Origin: Spirochaetia bacterium
Lineage (GTDB): Bacteria; Spirochaetota; Spirochaetia; UBA9216
Direction: 5' to 3'
DNA length: 64,000 bases
Assembly: GCA_963675665.1 (NCBI GenBank)
Contig: OY776510.1
Span: forward strand, 4,928,001 to 4,992,000
Positions 19,388-27,810 of this stretch are shown in pieces. Under the pieces are notes generated by a model. That model was not told where the DNA came from, did not search any database, and saw nothing but the letters and a program-made list of their open reading frames with translations. The translations under genes were made by a program, and so were the position numbers. Position 1 is the stretch's first letter, and every line of letters starts with the position of its first letter.

Positions 19388-21284
19388 TCTTCCCGGGACT
19401 ATCCAGCTCATAACCGCCCAGTTTTTCAAGTTCGACTGCAAATTCATCCGATTTAAGGCATTCTATAAAAGCTTGCATTGCCGGATGTTCCAGCATATCA
19501 ACACGCACAATAAAATCATATTCTTCCCGCCCTACCGGAATAAAATCAAGCCCGTTTATTGCCGCCGCGCTGTACACGCCAAGCCCGGCATCAGCCGTGC
19601 CCGACTTTACTGCCGACGCAACAGCCATATGGGTGCTCATCTCGCGCTCATATCCGGTGATTGAATCGGCATCAATTCCGGCTTTCTGCAGCAGGTAGTC
19701 AAGAAGGACCCTTGTTCCGGAACCGCGTTGGCGGTTTATATAAACCAAACCTGAGGATAGATCTTCGATACCCTTGAGACCTTTCGGGTTGCCCGGTTTG
19801 ACGATTAATCCCTGCGTACGGCCCACTCCTTTTATAAGGGCGGCGTCCTCCGGCTTGAAATACCTGCCGAACAGGTATTCATTATACCGACCGTCTTCAG
19901 GATTAAGCAGGTGCGACGGCGCCAGGTGGCACTCGCCCTTGCGGATGGCCATTACCCCGCCCATACTCCCCATATGGGTCGACGACAGGCTGGTATGGCT
20001 GCCGCTTTTATGCATCAGCTCGGTTATAACGTCAAGCAGAAGATCATGACTGCCGATACTGACCAGCCTGTTCTCAATCTCCGCAACAGGACGCGTAAAC
20101 CTGATCTCAACCTCGCTACCGGCTTCATACCCCTCGGATTCCTGGGGAACTTCAAGAATACCGTCCGCCTGCACCAGGCTCATTGTTACGCCGGCCCCGC
20201 GGCTCAGCGGGCTTACAATCATACGATCGCCGACAACCCCGCATTTAACCCGGACAAACTCACGGTGCTCCAGCGAAGAAGCAATCCGGCGGCTGAGGAT
20301 ACCCGTCCTGAACTCTTCCCCGGCGCTGCCGAGACCCTGCATACTTTCAAGCAATGGCTTTACAAGCCTGTCAAAGATCACATAGCCGGAAACCGGGTAA
20401 CCAGGAAGACCTATTAGAGGTTTAATTCCGGCTCGGCCGAAGATGGCCGGCTTTCCGGGTTTTACCGCAACGCCGTGAAAAAGCAGCTCACCGAAACCGG
20501 CAATAATGTCCGCGGAATAATCTTCGGATCCGGCGGACGAGCCTGCAATAAGAATGACAGCATCGGCCTGTTTCAGTGCTGTCGAAAATGCCTGTTTTAT
20601 CAGCTGTCGATCATCAATTACCGGCTTCATTCTCAGCGGAACAGCACCGGCGTCAGTTACCATTGCTGCAAACATCCTTGAGTTTGAATCAATAATGTTG
20701 CCTGCGGTCATAGCTGAGGGATTCTCTATTATTTCAGTACCGGTAGGAATAATGGCAACAACCGGTTTTCTGAAGACCTCTATTTCGGTAATTCCGCCCG
20801 CAGTAATTGCCCCGATATCAACCGGTCTGATTCTGTGATACGACGGGATTATCAGTTCGCCCGCCGAAATGTCTTCGCCCACATGACGAACATGCTGCCA
20901 GAGGCGCGCCGGAGCCTTTATCACAACCCGTTTCTCATCTGCTTCAAGAAGATCTTCAACCATTATGACGGCATTCCACGGTTCCGTTACCGGATCGCCG
21001 GTATCTACATACCTGAAGCCTGCTCCTGCCTTCAATTCAAGATGGTTTCGATCATGCGCCGCTTCGGTATCGGCTGCTATCACGGCTATTCCGTCCATGG
21101 CCGATGCGTTGTGATTGGGCGAAGACAGTACTGCCGTTACTGCGGCTGCGGAAACCCGGCCGAGTGCGTCATAAACGGGAACTGTTTCAGTTCCTATCCC
21201 TTCGCCTGAAGGAAAAGACCGGAACAGAAGCTCGCGGGCATCCTCGAATTTAAGATTATCCAGATAAACCTTTCGTCCCTTCAC
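19374..21284 (-). CDS. moeA: MoeA fused to a periplasmic-binding-protein-like domain (molybdopterin biosynthesis)
   Basis: SAMDGIAV, PTGTE, KPGKP, GLPGYP; C-terminal GSHD...NRQRGSGTR. Confidence 0.9.
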   Translation of the reverse strand: MKGRKVYLDNLKFEDARELLFRSFPSGEGIGTETVPVYDALGRVSAAAVTAVLSSPNHNASAMDGIAVIAADTEAAHDRNHLELKAGAGFRYVDTGDPVTEPWNAVIMVEDLLEADEKRVVIKAPARLWQHVRHVGEDISAGELIIPSYHRIRPVDIGAITAGGITEIEVFRKPVVAIIPTGTEIIENPSAMTAGNIIDSNSRMFAAMVTDAGAVPLRMKPVIDDRQLIKQAFSTALKQADAVILIAGSSAGSEDYSADIIAGFGELLFHGVAVKPGKPAIFGRAGIKPLIGLPGYPVSGYVIFDRLVKPLLESMQGLGSAGEEFRTGILSRRIASSLEHREFVRVKCGVVGDRMIVSPLSRGAGVTMSLVQADGILEVPQESEGYEAGSEVEIRFTRPVAEIENRLVSIGSHDLLLDVITELMHKSGSHTSLSSTHMGSMGGVMAIRKGECHLAPSHLLNPEDGRYNEYLFGRYFKPEDAALIKGVGRTQGLIVKPGNPKGLKGIEDLSSGLVYINRQRGSGTRVLLDYLLQKAGIDADSITGYEREMSTHMAVASAVKSGTADAGLGVYSAAAINGLDFIPVGREEYDFIVRVDMLEHPAMQAFIECLKSDEFAVELEKLGGYELDSPGKIIRF

Positions 21285-22510
21285 AGTATATATACCTTTA
21301 CAGCCGTTCCTTTATTAATACCTTCCGAATTGCGCGGGATCCGCACCGTTCCGAAAGCTTCGGCAAGCATTGTTATCAGTCCCGATTCTCCATGAACAGG
21401 AACCGCCATATTTCCATCTGCAGTATGCTCCAGTTTGACAAACTGCCAGGTTTCACGCCCCGGGGCCCCGCTTATATTTTCCGTCAGAACGGCCTCCGTA
21501 TAGGTCTCAGGCGGCGGCACGGACCGGTTAAGCAGACAGACCAGATGCCGGACGATTATGCCGAAAACTACAAGCGCCGAAACCGGATGCCCGGGCAGGC
21601 CGATTACAGGCTTACCCGCAGCGTTCGCGATAATGGTGGGTTTTCCCGGTTTGAAAGCAATTCCGTGGCATAATACCCCGGGAGAACCAAGCGCCGTTAT
21701 CGCCTTAAGCGAGTAATCCTTCACGCCTACTGATGAGCCGCCTGACAGCAGCACAATATCGCTGTTCCTGTGGCACTCACGAAGAACGTCAGTCAGCGCC
21801 TGTTCATCATCCTGTATTATAAAACGATCGTATACATCACAGTCCAATTGTTCGACTGCGGCTGAGATAGTATAGGTGTTAATATCCCGGATCTGACCCA
21901 ATGCCGGCTCCTCGTCCGGACCGACAATCTCGTCGCCGGTTGAGATGACGGAAACTACCGGTTTGCGGTAAACTTCAACTTCGGTACAGCCTATTGAAGT
22001 AAGAACTCCCAAATCGGCCGGTTTTAGTTTTTTCCCGGCTTTTAGAACAACCGTTCCTTTTACAATATCATCCCCGATATTTATTACATTTTCCCTGACG
22101 GTTGCCGGCCTGAAAATGGAAATCTCGTCATCGGTAAGTTTTTCAATATATTCAATCATGACTACAGCGTCGGCCCCGTCCGGAACCATGCCGCCGGTAG
22201 GGACGTAGACAGCTTCACCCGGTTTCAGTTCCATTCCGGCAGTCTGTCCCATAGAAACCTCGCCTTTCAGCTGCAGAAACGCAGGCAGGGTTTCCGAAGC
22301 CCCTGAAACATCCGATGCTTTAACGGCATAACCGTCTTTTGTCGAACGTCTGAATGCGGGCACTGTCTCAGCAGATACCGCATCGGCTGCAAGAAACCTT
22401 CCCGAAGCATTTTCAACCGGTATTATTTCAATATCCAGGGGATATGTTTTAAAGTTCTCTTCCAACAGCTTTTTTGCTTCCGCTATTGTAACGACACTTA
22501 GTAACTCCAT
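21281..22510 (-). CDS. moeA: Molybdopterin molybdotransferase
   Basis: STKDGYAV, STGDE, SGGSSVG, KPGKPT, GLPGHP. Confidence 0.92.
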   Translation of the reverse strand: MELLSVVTIAEAKKLLEENFKTYPLDIEIIPVENASGRFLAADAVSAETVPAFRRSTKDGYAVKASDVSGASETLPAFLQLKGEVSMGQTAGMELKPGEAVYVPTGGMVPDGADAVVMIEYIEKLTDDEISIFRPATVRENVINIGDDIVKGTVVLKAGKKLKPADLGVLTSIGCTEVEVYRKPVVSVISTGDEIVGPDEEPALGQIRDINTYTISAAVEQLDCDVYDRFIIQDDEQALTDVLRECHRNSDIVLLSGGSSVGVKDYSLKAITALGSPGVLCHGIAFKPGKPTIIANAAGKPVIGLPGHPVSALVVFGIIVRHLVCLLNRSVPPPETYTEAVLTENISGAPGRETWQFVKLEHTADGNMAVPVHGESGLITMLAEAFGTVRIPRNSEGINKGTAVKVYIL

Positions 22511-22616
22511 ATTTTATCTCCTGTTTTTTAATAAAACATATCAGCCGATGAAAAACAAGAGCTCCGTTTTTTATTTCTTTATTTTACACATTGTATTATA
22601 TTTATTATATATAGAG

Positions 22617-22697
22617 AGGGAATTATGAAAAATCTTCCATGAGTTTTCATAATTAACTACACTGATCTGCCGCTTATGGCGGAATATATTATAGGAG
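22617..22697 (+). repeat. Degenerate multi-hairpin element copy D, in tandem with IS copy 2
   Basis: AATTATGAAAAATC-ttccat-GAGTTTTCATAATT, AACTACAC, TCTGCC-gcttat-GGCGGA, ending TTATAGGAG. Confidence 0.5.
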
Positions 22698-22722
22698 GAA
22701 TGATAAAAAGTCTTCATGAGCT

Positions 22723-22875
22723 GGTGAATTGATATACTGCCTTAACTTTAATTGAGGCAGTAAGGTTACTGTTCGACATTTTTACTGGTCCGCGAGACCG
22801 TTTAGGAGATTGAAGAGCCGTAACCGAAACATTCAATGGTCTGCGAGACCGGATAGGAGAATGGAACAATTCACC
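22723..22875 (+). ncRNA. Putative bridge RNA with target- and donor-binding loops
   Basis: Target loop CATTTTTACT (22777-22786), hairpin, TAGGAG (22803-22808); donor loop CATTC (22830-22834), hairpin, ATAGGAG (22853-22859). Confidence 0.72.
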
Positions 22876-22910
22876 GTATAGGCACTGCTTCAAACTATTG
22901 GAGATAGAAC

Positions 22911-24023
22911 ATGAAGATGAGTATTGGCGTGGATCTTCACAAAACGCAGTTTACAGTATGCCTTTTAAGTGAAGACCGAAAAATTGATCAATTGGGAATG
23001 TATCCGACCAGCGGAAATGGTTATGGAGCATTTCTGAAAATGCTGGATGAATATTGTGAAGAGGAATATGAGTTGAGAGCAGCGGTGGAAACAACCGGGA
23101 ATGCCCGTTATTTCCGCAATAAACTGTTAAAGGCTGGAGTCGAAGTGGTTGTAGTGAATACTTTGAAATTCAAGGTAGTGAATGAATCTGTAAAAAAGAC
23201 AGACAAACATGATGCACGCACCCTGGCGGAGTTTCTTGAGAAAGACATGCTGCCTGAATCGATATTATGTTCCCAAGAGAGTGAGGATATTCGAAGGGTG
23301 CTGAAATCCAGGTCGATACTGGTAAAATCTGTTGTGTCGTTAAAGAACCAGGTGCATGGCTTATTACTTGGTTATGGAATAGAGACCAAACGCGGACAGC
23401 TGCAGAGTAAAAAAGAAAGGCAGCGAATCCTGAACGGTCTCGAGGACCACGACTTTTACGGAAGCGCTGCCAAAACGGTAATACCGTTACTGGATATGAT
23501 AGATAATCAGGCATCGCAAGTCAAGCAGCTTGAAAAGGTTTTGGCTGAGCTTGTGGAGGACGATGAAGATGTTGAGCTTCTGCAGACAATACCAGGCGTG
23601 GGTCTAATAACAGCAGCAACAGTAAGAGCCTATACAGACGATATCGGCAGATATGATAGTGCGAAGAAATATGCAGCAAACGCCGGGCTTGTGCCATGGG
23701 TGCAGAACTCAAATATGACAATACATCATGGACATATAACAAAGCGTGGGCCTGTAGAACTGAGGACAGCCTTCGTACAGATGGTGATGGGAATGGTTCG
23801 TATGCAAAAGAAGACCGGGACGTACCGAATAATGACGAAGTATGCAGCGATGAAGAAGCAGAAAGGCTCGGGTAAGAGTGTAATAGCTGCCGCCCGCAAG
23901 ATGAGCACTTTGGTATATACAATTTTAAAAACCAGAGAGCCGTTTGATCCGATGAAAATGGCTTTTAGAAAAGAATACAGGGAAATGCAGGCAGCAGCAT
24001 GGGAAGCTGTAATGGTCGGTTGA
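22911..24023 (+). CDS. IS110-family DEDD recombinase/transposase
   Basis: Protein identical to 701..1813. Confidence 0.96.
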   Translation: MKMSIGVDLHKTQFTVCLLSEDRKIDQLGMYPTSGNGYGAFLKMLDEYCEEEYELRAAVETTGNARYFRNKLLKAGVEVVVVNTLKFKVVNESVKKTDKHDARTLAEFLEKDMLPESILCSQESEDIRRVLKSRSILVKSVVSLKNQVHGLLLGYGIETKRGQLQSKKERQRILNGLEDHDFYGSAAKTVIPLLDMIDNQASQVKQLEKVLAELVEDDEDVELLQTIPGVGLITAATVRAYTDDIGRYDSAKKYAANAGLVPWVQNSNMTIHHGHITKRGPVELRTAFVQMVMGMVRMQKKTGTYRIMTKYAAMKKQKGSGKSVIAAARKMSTLVYTILKTREPFDPMKMAFRKEYREMQAAAWEAVMVG

Positions 24024-24084
24024 TATCCGACTAGATCATAAGCTTATATTTTTAGCTTGTGGTTGACTTTTTATAGGAGCAAAA

Positions 24085-24702
24085 ATGCAGGTGTCTTTTA
24101 AAAAGATACTCCTGAGTATGCTGCTGTTTGCTGCGGGAAGTGCAACTTTTTTATCCGGAGACGATACTACGAATAATTACCTTTCATTATACGATTTCAA
24201 TAGCATGAATAACAATTCACAGTACGAATGGCAGGATTTTACTGATCAGGTAATGGGAGGGAAATCGGAAATATCCACATCCCTGCTTCAGGAGGACGGG
24301 GAGTTTTTTCTGCGGATGGAAGGCGAAGTGTCTTTAAAAAACAACGGAGGCTTTATTCAGACCCGGCTTCAACTGAGCAGGGGATTTGGAACCCTGGATG
24401 CTTCTGATTATGACGGAATCAGATTGCTGGTAAGGGGAATAGAGTCCGGCTACTACCTGTTTTTCAGAACAACAAGCACCATTCTGCCTTGGCTGTATTA
24501 CTCGGCCGGTATCGATGTAAAACCCGGATGGCAGGTAATCGACATACCATGGTCGGCAGTAACCAAAGGAGCTTACGGTTCAATGGGAAATTTCAAAACA
24601 TCAAAACTGAAAAGTATAGCTGTTGTTGCTTTCGGACGGGAATTTACAGCTCAGATTGATCTTAAACGAATAGGTTTATATAAAAAGGATCCTGAACTTT
24701 AA
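24085..24702 (+). CDS. CIA30-family protein with a signal peptide
   Basis: TDQVMGGKS...VSLKNNGGF...YDGIRL. Confidence 0.85.
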   Translation: MQVSFKKILLSMLLFAAGSATFLSGDDTTNNYLSLYDFNSMNNNSQYEWQDFTDQVMGGKSEISTSLLQEDGEFFLRMEGEVSLKNNGGFIQTRLQLSRGFGTLDASDYDGIRLLVRGIESGYYLFFRTTSTILPWLYYSAGIDVKPGWQVIDIPWSAVTKGAYGSMGNFKTSKLKSIAVVAFGREFTAQIDLKRIGLYKKDPEL

Positions 24703-24707
24703 CTGAA

Positions 24708-26090
24708 TTAAACTTTATTCGGATGATTCCTTATATAGGTTTTTGTATCAAATTTTCTTTTACATCCACTTTCATTCATATAGCGAATCTTTCCGAATAC
24801 AGCCCGCTCTCCCCAGGCCCTGTCGTGCAGCCCGCCGATTGCCCACGCGCAGCCGGCATAACCGTTCGGATCATTACCGTCAATTGAATACCTGTCATTC
24901 AGCTTAACTGCAGTCCGCATTGCCTCTGAAGCATCATGAGACCACTCCAGAATTTTCTTTGCCCAGTACATCCGCATATATCCGTGCATCCGTCCTGTAT
25001 TAACCATCTGAAGCTGGGCGGCATTCCAGAGATCTTCATGCGTTTCAGCCTGTTCAAACCGGCTGAAACTGTACAGATATTCACGCCTGTCAAGTGAATG
25101 CACACCGAGACTGTGCACCGCCCAGGAAGGGAAACCTTGGATGTTATCATAATCAGGATTATAGAGGCAGAAATTGTCGGACAGCTCTCTTCGCACAACC
25201 AGTTCATCCAGGAAACCGCCTTTAAGCGAGATCTCCCCCAGAAAGCCTGCAGCTTCCAGCGCCGCGGTTTGCGGGGCAACCTGGCCGAAATGCAGATAGG
25301 GCGACAGCCCTGATTGACCGTTTTTATTCGGGTCGTTTCTGTCTTCGGGGTATTTACCAAGTCCGTTTTCAATAAAACTGTATAGAGTTTTCAGTCCCTG
25401 CTCACTGCCCGGTATCAAACCGTTTACAGCGGGAATGTTTTTATCCGCATTATACCTTATTGCGATTTCTTCCCAATCGGGATCATTCCCCGGCAGGCCT
25501 GCCGAAGTTTTTATACCGGCAAAAACATCTTCAACTGCAGGAAAGGGGACCAGAAACCCGGAAAGCACAGCTTCAATCCTTCGTCTCAAGGTGTGGGCCC
25601 CGAACTCCTGTTTACCCGAAATATATCTGCAGGGAACTATATTATGGCTGTCCACTTCGATTACCGGAATTGACAGTTCGGCAGCCAGGGCCTTCTGCTG
25701 CTGCATACTTTCACGCAGCGGATTAAAATCACAGACGACAGCAGCAGCCTGAACCTGTTGAGAATACTGCCTGATCATTTTATAAGGCTCTGATCCGGAC
25801 AACACCCTGAAAGCAATATTCAGTTCACAGGACCTTTTATAAACTTCTTTAAGTCCTCCAATCAGGAAATCAAAACTTCGTGCCGTTTCACCGAAGAGTT
25901 CAGGCCATAATGTAAACACCACAACAAGGCGGTAATTTCCGCGTCCGGCAAGATCTGCCGCATGAAGAAGCGACCAGTTATCATCGATCCGCTGCTCGCG
26001 CGACATCCAGTATATTACACTGCCTTCCGGTGGCATTTTACAGCTGTTCAGGTAATAAAGTCTGCGATCATCAACAACGATGTCTTTCAT
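24708..26090 (-). CDS. phrB: Class II CPD DNA photolyase
   Basis: YWMSREQRIDDNW, SGLSPYLHFGQ, MHGYMRMYWAKKILEW, DGNDPNGY. Confidence 0.93.
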   Translation of the reverse strand: MKDIVVDDRRLYYLNSCKMPPEGSVIYWMSREQRIDDNWSLLHAADLAGRGNYRLVVVFTLWPELFGETARSFDFLIGGLKEVYKRSCELNIAFRVLSGSEPYKMIRQYSQQVQAAAVVCDFNPLRESMQQQKALAAELSIPVIEVDSHNIVPCRYISGKQEFGAHTLRRRIEAVLSGFLVPFPAVEDVFAGIKTSAGLPGNDPDWEEIAIRYNADKNIPAVNGLIPGSEQGLKTLYSFIENGLGKYPEDRNDPNKNGQSGLSPYLHFGQVAPQTAALEAAGFLGEISLKGGFLDELVVRRELSDNFCLYNPDYDNIQGFPSWAVHSLGVHSLDRREYLYSFSRFEQAETHEDLWNAAQLQMVNTGRMHGYMRMYWAKKILEWSHDASEAMRTAVKLNDRYSIDGNDPNGYAGCAWAIGGLHDRAWGERAVFGKIRYMNESGCKRKFDTKTYIRNHPNKV

Positions 26091-26314
26091 CAGTTCCTTT
26101 TTAAAAAAGCCTCATAGGCAGCTATAGCTGAACTGATTTCAGCATCCTTAACCATTCCCCGGCCGGCCCAGCCTAGTCCTTCATAATTATACAGGGCTGC
26201 AAGTTCATTCTCAATTTCATTTTTATCGAAAGATGATCTGCAGGCCTTTCGCTCAAGAGCTTCCATTGTAGTCTGATAACTGATGCTGTATGTTTCTTCG
26301 ATGTTCATACTCAT
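26090..26314 (-). CDS. Small hypothetical protein
   Basis: Overlaps the stop and start of its neighbours (translational coupling). Confidence 0.7.
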   Translation of the reverse strand: MSMNIEETYSISYQTTMEALERKACRSSFDKNEIENELAALYNYEGLGWAGRGMVKDAEISSAIAAYEAFLKRN

Positions 26315-27810
26315 CTCTCCTGTCGATAAAGTTCCGTTAATTCCAATCCTCCAGTGTTAAATAATTCCAGAAAAGCCAGGACCTTTTCATCCTCAAGCTG
26401 CCTGATATCATACTCTCTTTCAAGCAAATCGAGCTCTATGGCTGCAACCGCGGCTTCCGAAGTCAGACCTGCTTCAAACCGGATCCTCTCGCGTTCCAGC
26501 AGAATCCTGTCATATTCAAGCCCCCGCAAAAGAAGTTCGAACTTTTCTTCGATAAGCCTGATATTCCTGATTGCCGCAGCGGTCTGGATTTCAGACGCTT
26601 CCCTTGCCGAATCAAGGCGCTGTCGGGCCGCAAGCAAAGCAGTCCGCTCCGACTCTTTCTTTTTTCCTGATTCACCCCAGTCAAGAGCAGAAAAAGAAAC
26701 CGAAAGACTTACACTGAGATCCATTTCAGCTGAAACTGCATCACTGAAGGCAGTTTCTATTTCCGTTGCAGCATCGGTGTCGGATCTTCTATACAGGGCA
26801 GAGACCTCAACAACAGGTTCTGTTCCGTTCTGAACAGCAGTTCCTGCCAGCTCGATACTTCTTGCAGCGGAGGCAGCTAAAATCACACTAATGCTTTTTT
26901 GAGGATCAACTTCCGCGTTAACGTCCGAATCAAAAGAACCCAAATCAATTTGTTCGTCTCCGATATTCTTTAATCCCGTCAGCTGAACAAGATCTTCTTT
27001 TGCCGACTCTATTTGAAACTGAATCTCGATCAAGGCCTCCTGCTGCCTTCTTATCTGCAGTTCTTCCGAAAGCCTGTCGAGACTGCTGACCCGTCCGGCC
27101 TGTTCATCCTGACGGGCAAGTTCCAGCCTCTTTTGAGCAAGACCTATCCGTTTCTCAAGAACCAGGTATGAATTTCTCAGACTGTTCAGAACAGCTGCCG
27201 TTCGGGCAACAAGAATAACCAGGCTGTTTTCAAAGGACTGAAGGTTCAGTTCAGCCTGCCTGAGGGACAGTTTTGCAAGCTCATCGGATAGCTTCAGGTT
27301 ATCAACTCTCAGAGGTGTGGCGTTTATCCTGTCGATAAAAAGCGGCTGTCTGAAATAAAGTGAGAGCGCAGGGCTGACAAGATAATTCCAGTCGGCACCG
27401 TCAGCTTCAGCCAGCGACAAGTCCAGATTTCCGGCGCCTGTAAGACCCAGGCTTCCCCCGGTAGGAATATTCGCATCTATGATTATTCCGCCGCCTGCTT
27501 TATGGCGTTTATAGCGTTCGGACTGAAAGGTATCGGCGGAAAACTCATTCGCATCAGAATATCTGTACAGGGGGTTGTTTCCGCCGTCGGTGGTAAATCC
27601 TATCTTCGGCAGGACCCCGGCCCCGGCTGATTCGTAATTCAGTTTTTCAGCAGCAACATCATAACCGGCAGCTGCAATATCCATATTATATTCAAGGGCA
27701 TTCCGTATCAGGTCGGATAATTCGACAGGTTCCGCCGCAACCGTAAAAACCGCAGCAATTAATAATACCGTTGATAATACCGATAATCTGTTGGTTTTTG
27801 AATTCATCAT
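26311..27810 (-). CDS. TolC-family outer membrane efflux protein
   Basis: Signal peptide, coiled-coil repeats (RFEAGLTS); start reassigned to the ATGA overlap with the RND stop. Confidence 0.85.
   Translation of the reverse strand: MMNSKTNRLSVLSTVLLIAAVFTVAAEPVELSDLIRNALEYNMDIAAAGYDVAAEKLNYESAGAGVLPKIGFTTDGGNNPLYRYSDANEFSADTFQSERYKRHKAGGGIIIDANIPTGGSLGLTGAGNLDLSLAEADGADWNYLVSPALSLYFRQPLFIDRINATPLRVDNLKLSDELAKLSLRQAELNLQSFENSLVILVARTAAVLNSLRNSYLVLEKRIGLAQKRLELARQDEQAGRVSSLDRLSEELQIRRQQEALIEIQFQIESAKEDLVQLTGLKNIGDEQIDLGSFDSDVNAEVDPQKSISVILAASAARSIELAGTAVQNGTEPVVEVSALYRRSDTDAATEIETAFSDAVSAEMDLSVSLSVSFSALDWGESGKKKESERTALLAARQRLDSAREASEIQTAAAIRNIRLIEEKFELLLRGLEYDRILLERERIRFEAGLTSEAAVAAIELDLLEREYDIRQLEDEKVLAFLELFNTGGLELTELYRQER

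Larger units (their letters stand above)
22696..24079 (+). mobile_element. IS110-family insertion sequence, copy 2 (1384 bp)
   Basis: Same length and protein as copy 1; left end AG-GAATG-ATAAAAAGTC, right end GACTTTTTAT-AGG-AG. Confidence 0.92.

Noticed and set aside
645-24079. Composite transposon or inversion bounded by the two inverted IS110 copies
   Set aside because: Each copy has its own reconstructable SD target, and abfD to CoA-transferase gene order is intact across copy 1, so independent insertions are the simpler explanation.
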